From contig CBDFGR010000002.1 in NCBI GenBank assembly GCA_965247115.1, positions 1,280,001 to 1,344,000 on the forward strand: DNA of 64,000 nucleotides. Direction: 5' to 3'. This DNA comes from Myxococcota bacterium (GTDB taxonomy: Bacteria; Myxococcota_A; UBA9160; SZUA-336). The notes under the pieces are model-generated. The model searched no databases. It was not told the origin of the DNA and saw only the letters and a list, made by a program, of their open reading frames with translations. Of this stretch, positions 10,833 through 20,609 are shown in pieces (the first letter of the stretch is position 1; each line of letters begins with the position of its first letter). The position numbers and the translations under genes are program-made.

Positions 10833-11927
10833 ATGCCTACCAGCGCCACCGCCGCCGTGCTGCATGATCCCCATGGGCAGTTCACCCTTCAGGAGGTCGA
10901 ACTCGACGACCCGCGCAGCGACGAGATCCTCGTTCGCATCGAGGCCAGCGGCGTTTGCCATACCGATGAGATGGCGAAGGGGATGCTGGAGCCGCCGATG
11001 GTTTTGGGCCACGAAGGCACCGGAGTGGTCGGAGCCATTGGATCCGGAGTTACCCGGGTCAAACCCGGCGATCGGGTCGTTATCTCTTACGCCTGGTGCG
11101 GTACCTGCCGAGAATGCACCACTGCGCATGGCTACCGGTGCGAGCGGGTGCTGCCGATCGCGTTCGGCGGCTCGCGCCTGGATGGATCGAAGACCATCAC
11201 CTTAGACGGTAAGCTCATCTCCAGCGCGTTTTTTCAACAGTCCTCGTTTGCAACCCACTCGATCACGCTCGAACGAGACGTGGTGCCGGTGGCGCATGAC
11301 CACGCAACCGAGATGATGGCGGCCATTCCCTGCGGTATACAGACGGGGGCGGGGGCGATCCTGAATTCGATGCAGGTTCGCGTCAAGGACGTGCTGGCGG
11401 TGTTCGGCACCGGCGCGGTCGGGCTGAGTGCGGTGATGGCGGGACGATTGTCCGGCGCCTCGCCATTGATTGCCGTCGATATCGTCGATGAACGGCTTGA
11501 GCTCGCGCTCGAACTGGGAGCCACCCACGCCATAAATGCGAAAGACGGCGAGGTCGCCGCCAGGATTAAGGAGATCGTGCCGCGCGGCGTCGATTTTTCG
11601 CTGGACACGACCGGCAACGAGCAGGCGCTCGAGGACGCCATCAGGTGTCTGGCCATGGGCGCCGAATGCGGCATCGTCACGGCGCCGCATCTCGGCGAGA
11701 AGTTCCCGTTCACGCCGATGGGTATTTTTGTCCGCACCGCAACCCTGCGCGGTATCATCCAGGGCTCGGCGTTGCCGAACCTGTTCCTGCCCAAGCTCAT
11801 CGAGCTGCAGCAGCAGGGCCGCTTCCCTTACGAACGTCTGATCCGGACATACGACTTCGCAGACATCAACCAGGCGTTCGAGGACTCGGCCGCGGGACGC
11901 ACTATCAAGCCAGTGTTAAGGATGTAG
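10833..11927 (+). CDS. Zinc-dependent (aryl-)alcohol dehydrogenase
   Basis: GVCHTD, GHEG, CxxCxxC, CGIQTGAG, GTGAVG; RBS AGGAG. Confidence 0.92.
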   Translation: MPTSATAAVLHDPHGQFTLQEVELDDPRSDEILVRIEASGVCHTDEMAKGMLEPPMVLGHEGTGVVGAIGSGVTRVKPGDRVVISYAWCGTCRECTTAHGYRCERVLPIAFGGSRLDGSKTITLDGKLISSAFFQQSSFATHSITLERDVVPVAHDHATEMMAAIPCGIQTGAGAILNSMQVRVKDVLAVFGTGAVGLSAVMAGRLSGASPLIAVDIVDERLELALELGATHAINAKDGEVAARIKEIVPRGVDFSLDTTGNEQALEDAIRCLAMGAECGIVTAPHLGEKFPFTPMGIFVRTATLRGIIQGSALPNLFLPKLIELQQQGRFPYERLIRTYDFADINQAFEDSAAGRTIKPVLRM

Positions 11928-12509
11928 GAGCGATGGAGGGTTCGTTCCTCTCAGCCTCAATCCCTATGCGCACGCTCTGTTCATCGCCGGACACCGCCAC
12001 CTCACCCTGGGTGAGCCCCTCCCGCCGGCCACCTGGATGGGGTTTCCCGGTGAGGACCCGTCGTGGATCGACCGGGACGAAAATGGCAACGCGACACTGA
12101 CCCCCGATCGCCTGGCGCAGCTCAAGATGCAGATCAACCCCTTCACAAGAGCAGCCCTTCGGCGATAGCGTCAGAGGGCCGATTCGGCCCCCCGAGGTAG
12201 AAGCCGGTCGGGGTACGTACCTCAGCTTCGATCCGGACTTCCAAATGGGTCAGCAGATCCTGAATGGATCGTTCACGGACCTGAAGTGCGAGCCGCTGCC
12301 CGACGGGAGCGTGCGCTACCCGAACCACGCGCGCTACGTGCGTCAGATCGCCCGGGCGGCCGAGGAACTTGTGGATACGTTCGACCTGCTCCTTGAGGAC
12401 GCCGACGCCATCATCTCTGAGGAGGCGCGGGCCGACGTCGGCTTCCGGAACTCGTGCTCCTGAGCGGCACCGTCGGTGTTATTGCCCATGGTGACCCACC
12501 CGCCGTAGG

Positions 12510-12743
12510 CTAAGTACTCTGATCCGAAAGTTCGGTGACGTATTCTGAGCGGCTCAGGCGGCCCGGGGAAGCGGCGGCTGGGTGGCTTCCAGGCGCCGGA
12601 GCAGGGCCGCGAGATCTTTGCGCGTGAACTTCCACGCAAAGGGTTGGGCGGCGCATTCGTAGTAATCCCCAACGCGCGCGAAATCGTTTCTCGCAACGCT
12701 CGCCCCGGTGAATCGAAGCGTTGTCGATGATCCAGAAGACACG
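12510..12743 (-). mobile_element. IS630-family remnant (transposase C-terminus with internal deletion)
   Basis: VFWIIDNASIHRG and AQPFAWKFTRKDL motifs in two frames. Confidence 0.65.
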
Positions 12744-12869
12744 GCAGAAGGCCGAGCCGGCTGGCGGCGTGGCACCGCAGCTCCCGCAGGTGAGCTCGAG
12801 CCGCGCGCCGCACGCGCTGCAGAAGGCCGAGCCGGCCGGCGGCGTGGCACCGCAGGTTGGACAGGTCAC
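12744..12869 (-). pseudogene. Double zinc-ribbon N-terminus of an adenylate cyclase/AAA ATPase, truncated
   Basis: MTCPTCG...AFCSACGARLELTCGSCG...AFC; near-identical 37-bp direct repeat at 12744-12780 and 12819-12855. Confidence 0.7.
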
Positions 12870-12948
12870 GGTCCCATCTTACCTCTCGAAGAGAGGCTCC
12901 TAGGACCGGCAGTAGCGCGTCAGGTAAACATCAGGTTTCGGCCAGCTC

Positions 12949-13130
12949 CTAGCGAGGATGAGCCGGATCGAGCGAGCCGAAGCCCGACAGCCCCAACTCC
13001 CTCGCCACCCGCTCCGCGTGCCCGGCCGCGCCCATCTCGGTGTAGAGGTGGTGGGCATCGCGGAGTTCACGCTCGCGGGTAGCGTTGTCGTCGAGCAGGC
13101 GCGCGATCTCAGCTCGCGCTTCCGCAACTT
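12949..13130 (-). pseudogene. C-terminal fragment of an adenylate cyclase-AAA-TPR protein
   Basis: RERELRDAHHLYTEMGAAGHAERVAREL resembles the C-terminus of the intact gene at 46735-50022. Confidence 0.7.
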
Positions 13131-13181
13131 GAGGCAAATAAACCGTTAGGCCTGTTTCTTCGATGCTCCGGGGCGGCCGTT

Positions 13182-14150
13182 AGCCTGCACGCGGGCGTCG
13201 GCGTCCCTGCGCGGGACCGCGCGCGCCTCGAGCGACTCTGTCGCTACGTGGCCCGGCCGCCCATCGCCACCGAGCGTCTCTCCGCTCTCCCCGACGGGAA
13301 TCTCTCCTACCGGCTCCGGCACCGCTGGCGCGACGGTACGACCCACGTCGTGTTCGAACCGCTCGAGCTGATCGAGAGGCTGGTAGCCCTGATCCCACCC
13401 CCCCGTGCGCACCAGGTCCGCTACCACGGAGTGCTTGCCCCCTGTGCCGGCTACCGCGATGCGGTCGTTCCCGGCCACCTCTATCCGGCCACCACAACTC
13501 CCGCTGCCGAGAACGCCGCAGCCCTTGCTGCAGAGCCGGCGCGGGACGAGCCACAGCCTGCGGCCCAGGTCCACAGCGACTGTCGCGGCTCAGAAGCACA
13601 CGCGACGGATGCCGGGCGCCCCAACGCGGGTCCACGACGCGCGGAGTCGGCGCCCGAAGGGGCGCCCGTAACCTCCGCGCACGCTGATCCTGCACAGTTC
13701 TCCTTGGCCCGGCCCCTCAGACAGCGACTCCGGTGGGTGGACCTCATGCGTCGCGTCTTCGCGGTCGACGTCCTCGCGTGTCCGCGTTGCGGAGGCCGCA
13801 TGCAGCTCATCGCTGCGATCGAACAGCCGCGCGTCGTCGAGGCAATCCTCCGCTGTTTGGGACTCTCCGCGCGACCTCCACCCATGGCCCCGGCGCGCCC
13901 AATCGGCCAGCCCGTGCTGCCGTACGTCGACGCCCTCTAGAGAGACGATCGTCAGATCCTCGCCCTAGCTCGGCTGCAGAACCGATGCGCGCCGCACGGC
14001 AGCCGTGCGCCTCCGCAGGGCACCGAACGGGCTCAACCCCGGCCGCACTGGCGTACCACCCGCTTAAAGGCCCCGCGCCCCGGCCCTCAGACCAATCGAT
14101 AGGACGGGAAGGGCCATTGTCACAACCCGAAAAACCCTCTTAAACTCCCT
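13182..14150 (+). mobile_element. IS91/ISCR rolling-circle element, 5'-truncated; transposase fragment ends at 13940; putative oriIS end interrupted at 14150
   Basis: LERLCRYVARPP single-Tyr ISCR-type motif, WRDGTTHVVFEPLELIERL, RYHGVLAP, CPRCGGRM. Confidence 0.8.
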
Positions 14151-14359
14151 TCCATAGGGTAGGAGCGCAAGACAGACTTCCCCGATCGCCACAGATTCTT
14201 CGATCCTGGCGTCTGCTCCCGTTGTGGCTAGGCGGTCTCGAGTTGAGAGTTCGTGCTCGTGGTTCCGTCGGAGCAGCGGCGGAGCCTCTACGAGCTGCTC
14301 GGTCTGAGGATTCGTACGAGGGCAACCCCATCGCATCGCGATTCGTTGGCGTGTGTGCT

Positions 14360-14525
14360 CTCCACGGAAACGTGGGAACCATCCTTCCATCTGGGCCTCT
14401 GTCGGCCATCGCTTCGTTTGGTTCTTCGGAGGGGCATAGCTTATCCGTCGGACCTCCAGGCTCTTGGGCCGTCGGCCAGGGAGTTTATGGATGCTCACCT
14501 CCGCGGCCACGCAGAGCGTGGCATG
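14360..14525 (-). ncRNA. Predicted bridge RNA (seekRNA) of the IS1111 element
   Basis: 5' hairpin 14506-14522; target loop with guides at 14478-14487 and 14440-14446 matching the insertion site; donor loop with guide at 14384-14390 matching the element end; RNA ends approximate. Confidence 0.8.
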
Positions 14526-14593
14526 CGAACACTCTTCGCGGCTGTGTACTCGAATGATTGCCTTCTCGTCGACTCTCCCGATCGAGCGGTCGC

Positions 14594-15660
14594 CTAGCCT
14601 TCGCACGTCTCCGTGGGCGGACTGGCTCGTCCGGGGTTGTACTCCTCCTCGTCCTTCCACATCCGTAGCACCGTGGCTGCGATCATGCGGGCCAAGCTGA
14701 GCTTTGCGAGCGTCGGCTTCGTTCCACCATCGAGAAGCCGCTGGTAACGCGCATGGATGGGATCCTTGTTGCGCTGCGTGATCACCGTCGTCGCGGCGCC
14801 CTTGAAGATGCTCTTCAAGACGCGATTGTGCTGGCGGGAGAGCCCTCTCGTCTGAGGAACCCGCGCCTGGATCCAGCTTCCATCGGCCGTCTGGACCCAG
14901 TCCGAGCTCGAGCGGGTCACGATACCCAGCCCGCAGTAGCTCCAGAACTGTCGCTTCGTGCGGAAGCGGTGGGGCGTCACGACAATCGGGACCAGTCGTG
15001 CTGCGCGGATCGGTCCGAGGCCGGGTGCGGTCTCCAGGATCGGGACGATGGGGTGCTTCTTCGCCTCTCGAAGGAGATCGGCCTCTGCCTGCTTCTTCTG
15101 CTCCCACAAGAAGTCGAGATGATCGTAGAGTCTTGTCGCTCTCGTCTGCGCGCTGGAGCAGAGCTGCTTCTGCCACTCGTCGCGGCGACGCGGGCTGTAG
15201 ACATCCAGGCCGGTCACCAGGACACCGCGCGATCGGTACAGGCTCTTGATCCGAGCCTGCACCCGCACGACGTCTCCGACCCCCGTCATGTGGATCCGCG
15301 AGAGCTCGCGCAGGCGCGTGAACTCTCGCGGTGCCTTGAAGACCGGCTTGTCGAGGTTCCCCATGCGCAGCTTCTCGGCCAGGCCATACGCATCGCGCTT
15401 GTCGCTCTTCGAACCCCGGCTCTCCGTGATCCCCGCAACCACGATCTCGTCCACGTGAGGACTCAGCGTCTCGTACAGCCACGCGCTCTGAAGTCCCTCT
15501 TCGAAGACCAGATACTTCCGGCCCGGAATCATGCGGACGGCCTCGACCAGGGCCTGGCCGTTGGTCTCACCGGGAAGTCCTTCAACCGCTTCCCTGTCTG
15601 CGAGATCACCGCCAGCGTGCAGCTCGCGGCGTGGATGTCCATCCCGATGTATCGTTCCAT
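14594..15660 (-). pseudogene. IS110 DEDD recombinase with a 1-nt frameshift near 15568
   Basis: MERYIGMDIH in one frame, then FEEG, KSDKRD, PGLG, FWSYCGL...RSSS in the next; RBS GAGGAGG. Confidence 0.85.
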
Positions 15661-15821
15661 TGGTGCCTCCTCTCGTTGGGTATTGTTGATTTCCCAACTC
15701 GAGGATTCCCGACGGGCTCGGGAGGCACCACCCTCCGCCTCCGGGCTCACGGCTCGCCCTGCAGACGCCATACCCCTATGATGCTTATCCCCATCGACAG
15801 ATTTGGGCAGAGGGGGATCCC

Positions 15822-16687
15822 ATGAAGGTCTGCACCCGAGCGCTCGCTCTCCTCGTCATCGCATTGCCGATGACTCTCCACGCCGCACCGGAGGTCGTGC
15901 AGCTGCAGACGGAGGGGCTGAATGCAATCGAGCTCGAGGCCTTCGACCCCTTTCTCGACTCCGTGGTCCTCTCGGGCGTCAGCGAGTACGCGATTAAGGA
16001 GCTGTACCGCGGTGAGTTCGTAGCCGCATTGTACGAGGCAAAGCCGGCGCTTCTGGACATCATCAGTACGCCGTTCCCGTTGGACGAGTTCGTCTGGGTG
16101 ACGAGCGGCGAACTCATCCTGACCGATGTCGATGGACGCAGCGAGAGCTACGTGGCGGGCGACACCCTGCTCGTTCCCAAGGGCTGGAAGGGCACCTGGG
16201 AGATGCGCGGCAACTATCGCGAGTTCGTCGTGATCGAGACCCGCGCCAACGACAGTGTGGATGGCTTCTGGAAGAACATCGGGCTGATCATCGCGGGTTG
16301 GTTCCGGGATACGCCCCACGTGGTGCCGCTGCCGGCCGAGGAGTTCCGGCGCGCCGAACTGGAGCCCGTGCAGCCCACGTCGGCTGATCTCAAGATGACC
16401 GGCGGCGATCCGGAAGCCTGGAAAGCGGTGGGGAGTTCATCGTAGAGCTGTACGCCAGCCCCGCGGCCGTCGTGCAGATCGACGATCCCTTCCCCTACGA
16501 CGAGTTAGTGTGGATGCTGTCTGGCGAGCTGGTTCTGACGCCGACGGGGGGCGAGGCGGTAACCTACGGCGCGGGTGAGGGCGTGGTGGTGCCCAAGGGA
16601 TTCGTGGGAACCTGGGAGACGCGAGGCGACTACCGCGAGTTGATCATCATCGAGACCCGGGCCATGAATCGGGTCCACGAGGAGTAG
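15822..16687 (+). pseudogene. Secreted tandem cupin (DUF861/EutQ-like) protein, split near 16430
   Basis: Two repeats of PFPxDExVW...SGEL...VPKG..GTWExRGxYRE in different frames. Confidence 0.7.
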
Positions 16688-16690
16688 ACG

Positions 16691-16800
16691 ATGCCGAAGC
16701 CCATCACCCGGCGAGATTTCCTCAACGGGGCCGCGCTCACCGTAGCGGCCGGAGCAACGCTCTCCCCGCAAGAGCTGTTGGCACTCGAGGCAGAGGTGAT
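16691..16800 (+). pseudogene. Tat-signal N-terminus of an oxidoreductase, truncated
   Basis: MPKPITRRDFLNGAALTVAAG followed by unrelated sequence. Confidence 0.55.
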
Positions 16801-17405
16801 CTCTGGTCGATCACCCACATACCCACAGGCCACTACTGTGCGAAGGTGGACACGCTCCGCGACGGCAGGGAGTTCGCACGAAGGTTGAGGAAGTTGGACT
16901 GGGAATTTCCGGAGTCCTCGGTCCTCGAAGATGAAGGCCCTCGGTGAACCCGTCCGGAAGGTACTTGGCGACTTGCGCGCAGCGCGAAACGGCCCCGAGA
17001 TCCGCCGACGACGACCGCATCCCAACACCGTCGGTCAGGAGGAGTGATGGCCCGCTGCTACGCCCAGGATCTGGAAGCCTCGAAAATCTGCTTGAGGCAA
17101 CCGACCCTCGCCTGTGGAACCAATCCCACCTTGAGCGACTCGGGGACTTTCTCACGGCAGGTCGCGTCTATTGTTACCACCCCATCGGGGGGGGGAGCAC
17201 GCGCACACGAACAGGACGAGGGCTCTCAGGAGGAGGTTGGTCAGCTGCATCAAATACGTATCTAACGGGCAAGCGGAGGCGCACTGCCGATGTTCAGCAC
17301 ACCGACGCAGAACAGGAGCGTCGAGTCCCGCCTAAATGGTCCCCAAACGACGGCTAGCAAGGTCTGTGAGGGGTCCCCGCGCTGAAGGTAGCAGGGCTCG
17401 CAGCG

Positions 17406-19994
17406 TCAGTCCTCGTCGATCTCGATGGAGAGGTCACCGTCCGGGCTTGCGTTCGGTGGAGTTCGCTGTGTCTCGCGGTAGAGCTCGGTCTCCACGCTGC
17501 GCTCGCGCAGCCGTTCGCGGAACTCCTCGAGCGTAGCCTCGTGCTCCGCAGTCTCGAGCGCGTCGGGCATGTAGTGCAGCGTGACCTGCTGGATGATCGG
17601 TTCGCGGTCCTGGATCGTGGCAAGGACCTCAATCTCGTTACGGCCGTCCTGAAGCTCCAGAAAACCGTCAAACGAGCCATCCGGAAACACGCGCACGGCC
17701 CGCGCGGCGGTCTGGTTCGTCTGGTTGCGAATCTCTACGGCTTCTAAGCCGCTAAGTCGGACCTCGGCGAGCCTGGCCACGATGTCTCCGGGATCCTCGA
17801 GGGAAACGTAGGAGCCCAGGCTCACCTCCGCGATCTCGCGATAGGTTTCGGCGGTGCGAAGCGGCCCGAGGGCGAACGCGTGGATCCGGATCCCGTACTC
17901 CCCGTAGAAGCGTGCGACTCGAAGCGCGTCCCTACTCGCTGCGGGCACACTAGGAGCTGTGGGGCGGCCGTCGGACAAGAGCAGCACGCTGCGTTTGCGT
18001 CGAGCATCGGGATCGGCGTGATCGACGAGCTCCTGGAGGCTTACCGCGAGCGCGATCGCATGGCTCGTCCCCGTCGGATCGAACTTGATCTCGTAGGCGT
18101 CCAGGGCCGCGAGGACCGCCGAGGGGGGACCAAGCGGGACCAGCACGCGTGCGCTGGCGGTGAATGTTACGAGCGCGACCCGCGTGGTGCGAGGGTCGAG
18201 CCGCCCGACCAGCCTGTATGCCGCTGCGAGTTCTGCCTCGATGATCGAGTCATTGGATCCATCCCCGTCTATGTCGCGGTGCAGCTTCGTCAGCGTGCTG
18301 TTGGACTCGTCGAGCGCGATCACGACGTCGTGAAGCGTGGTCTCGAACAGGCCGGCGCTCCCGAACAACTCGGTGAGGGGGAGCGGCCCCGTGATCACCT
18401 GTCCCTCTTCAGGGGTTTCGAGCTCCAGCCGCGCCGTCAGGTGGCGTGTAGAGCGTCCACCTTGAGTCGCGATTCCGGAATCTCGGATCAGCCGCTCGAT
18501 GCGGCTCTGATCCACCTCTCTCAGTGCTTCGTCGTGTGGCTGCGAGTTCACGCGTCGCAGCAGATCGCGAGCCTCCGCCGTCCTGTCGGCTTTCAGGTAG
18601 AGCTCCGCGAGCTCCAGGTTGAGCGGCGAGTAGCCGGGTGCGCGTGCCCGAGCGGCTTCGAGTGAGCGGATCGCCGCGCCCGGGTCACGTTGACCCTGGA
18701 TTCGGGCCAAGCCAACGTGCGAAGCCGCCTGGGTCGGGTCTAAGTCCAGGCTCGTCTCGTAGTGGGATCGCGCGCTATCGATGAGCTGCGACCTCGCCGA
18801 CCGAGATCCGGCCGAGCTCGCGGAAGCGCGTGCGAGCAGCGCATCTCCCGCGAGCCTGTGCACCTCCGGGTCGGCGGACCGTAGCTCGAGCGCCCGGTTG
18901 ACCAGCGCGCCGGCCTTCACGGGGTCGGTGCTGACGAGGAGCCGCCCGAGAGTTGCGCAAGCCTTTGCGTGATCCGGGTCTGCCTCCAGCGCGGACTCAA
19001 GCAGCTGCTGCGCGGTGCTCAGATGCCGCTGGCTGCTGTGCAATGCGAGGTCGGCGAGAAGATACAGCTGCTCGGGCTTATCGAGCGGGGCGAGCTCAAC
19101 CCACCCGTCTGAACTCGTGTCCTCCAAGGGGAACGGTACGATGGGGATCTTTCCGGTCCGAATGTACTGAACGAGCTCGCGCTCGAGCTCCTCGACATCC
19201 GAGCCAAACGCCGACTCGACAGCCTGTTCCGGATCCTCCCCTCTGTGGACCGCCCGGAGGTAGTCCGCCAGGCCCTCATGCCATTGTCGATACCCCTGGA
19301 GGTGCCCGTGGTGGAGAAAGTGCGTGAGAGCCCACGACTGCGCGTAGAACATGGCGAGTGCGCGATCCGACCAGCTGAGGATGTCCGTCGCGCTCAGCAT
19401 TCGGCGTAGACCGAGGAGGTTTCCGTAGACCAGCCAGTCGGCGCGGCCGTGAGGGACATCGCCGAGGTGCACACGGCGTTCGGCGACCCTGACAGAGCTG
19501 AGAAACTCTGCGAAGCCCTCGTCATACCAGGCCGGATAGGACACGTTCGACGCGTTCCGGAGCACGAAGTGGACGTACTCGTGGAACGCGATCGGGATCG
19601 CTCGCTTTTCTTCGCTGGCGTTGACCGTGAGGAAGTTGCGGTGCAGCCCGGGGACCATGAACCCCTCGACGTTGGAGCGCGGCCTGAACCTGGCAAAGGT
19701 GCGAGCGTCTCCAAAGAGGTACACCGTGGTCGGTAGCGTCGGCTGGATGTCCTCGAGCTCCGTTACGCTGATCACGATTTGGCGGAACCGTTCCAGTTCC
19801 CGCGTGATCGCGCGGGTTGTCTCTGCGTCCGCGCTGCTGATGCCTTGGAAGTGCTCAGAGCGCAACCGGATCCAGTGCTGATCCGTCACCGGTGTGGCGC
19901 AGGCTCCCAGTCCCCCGAAGAGGGCCGTCGTCAGCAGCAGCGCTCTGACGAACCCTATGATGGCTCCGACGTTGTCTTGGGGCGCGGGGGGCAT
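17406..19994 (-). CDS. Lipoprotein with zincin-like HExxH domain, TPR repeats and C-terminal VWA domain
   Basis: Lipobox LGAC; FHEYVH...WYDEGFAE; helical repeats; DESNS MIDAS-like motif, LLLSDG. Confidence 0.8.
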   Translation of the reverse strand: MPPAPQDNVGAIIGFVRALLLTTALFGGLGACATPVTDQHWIRLRSEHFQGISSADAETTRAITRELERFRQIVISVTELEDIQPTLPTTVYLFGDARTFARFRPRSNVEGFMVPGLHRNFLTVNASEEKRAIPIAFHEYVHFVLRNASNVSYPAWYDEGFAEFLSSVRVAERRVHLGDVPHGRADWLVYGNLLGLRRMLSATDILSWSDRALAMFYAQSWALTHFLHHGHLQGYRQWHEGLADYLRAVHRGEDPEQAVESAFGSDVEELERELVQYIRTGKIPIVPFPLEDTSSDGWVELAPLDKPEQLYLLADLALHSSQRHLSTAQQLLESALEADPDHAKACATLGRLLVSTDPVKAGALVNRALELRSADPEVHRLAGDALLARASASSAGSRSARSQLIDSARSHYETSLDLDPTQAASHVGLARIQGQRDPGAAIRSLEAARARAPGYSPLNLELAELYLKADRTAEARDLLRRVNSQPHDEALREVDQSRIERLIRDSGIATQGGRSTRHLTARLELETPEEGQVITGPLPLTELFGSAGLFETTLHDVVIALDESNSTLTKLHRDIDGDGSNDSIIEAELAAAYRLVGRLDPRTTRVALVTFTASARVLVPLGPPSAVLAALDAYEIKFDPTGTSHAIALAVSLQELVDHADPDARRKRSVLLLSDGRPTAPSVPAASRDALRVARFYGEYGIRIHAFALGPLRTAETYREIAEVSLGSYVSLEDPGDIVARLAEVRLSGLEAVEIRNQTNQTAARAVRVFPDGSFDGFLELQDGRNEIEVLATIQDREPIIQQVTLHYMPDALETAEHEATLEEFRERLRERSVETELYRETQRTPPNASPDGDLSIEIDED

Positions 19995-20270
19995 CCTCTG
20001 CTCACCCTACCACGGTGGGACTACCGAGCGGGCTCAGGCGCTTTCTCACTAGGCGACCGATAGCCCGCGACGCCCGCCGGCGGCGCCCTCCAATTCCGGT
20101 TTGTGGCTGACACCCTGCATCTTGACGAGCGCCCGCCAGTGGTTCGCCGCGAAGACCCGTCGTGTTTCGGTCAGATACGCGCAGGCAAGGAATTTCATCC
20201 GACATGATGCTCTTCGCCGCCGCCTTCAGGGCCGTGCCTGCCAGCGGATCGTCGCCGGCCATCTGTATGG

Positions 20271-20609
20271 ATGCTTCAATTGCAATTGCGAGGTTGGAGA
20301 GATCCGTTTACACACGAGCGAGTTGCTGATGCATGGGGTGATCTCCCTCCGGAGGTTCTCGATCACGAACCAGATACGAGATGGAACTCTTTGACCAATG
20401 CAGATGATGTTGGAGACCATATCCAGAATCAGAGGCTTCCTGGCGGTTATCATTTGACAGTTGATAAAGGTGATTCATCGGTGCGCGTCCACCATGATAT
20501 TTATGATCCGACCTTAGATCCGTGGTCGGCCCTATGGCACGGGATTGAGTACTTATTTCGCGATCGGTCGCGTTCGATTCGTGGCAACAATTATCCCGAC
20601 TGGGAATGA
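20271..20609 (+). CDS. Putative orphan polymorphic-toxin C-terminal domain
   Basis: Lower-GC ORF with VHHDIYDP, abutting a lipoprotein-like gene in an RHS context; 5' end uncertain. Confidence 0.45.
   Translation: MLQLQLRGWRDPFTHERVADAWGDLPPEVLDHEPDTRWNSLTNADDVGDHIQNQRLPGGYHLTVDKGDSSVRVHHDIYDPTLDPWSALWHGIEYLFRDRSRSIRGNNYPDWE

Larger units (their letters stand above)
14151..15785 (-). mobile_element. IS110-family (IS1111 group) insertion sequence
   Basis: CT core at 14149-14150 and 15784-15785; subterminal IRs CATAGGGTA (14153-14161) and TACCCCTATG (15771-15780); ~440-bp non-coding region 3' of the recombinase. Confidence 0.88.

Noticed and set aside
13140..13186. GTTAGGC and GTTAGCC resembling integron attC cores (also TCTAAC near 17261)
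   Set aside because: No paired inverse core at a suitable distance, no cassette array, no integrase
17185..17197. Poly-G tract (and poly-C tracts near 5419 and 28985) as phase-variation switches
   Set aside because: Located in debris, or in frames that are not disrupted
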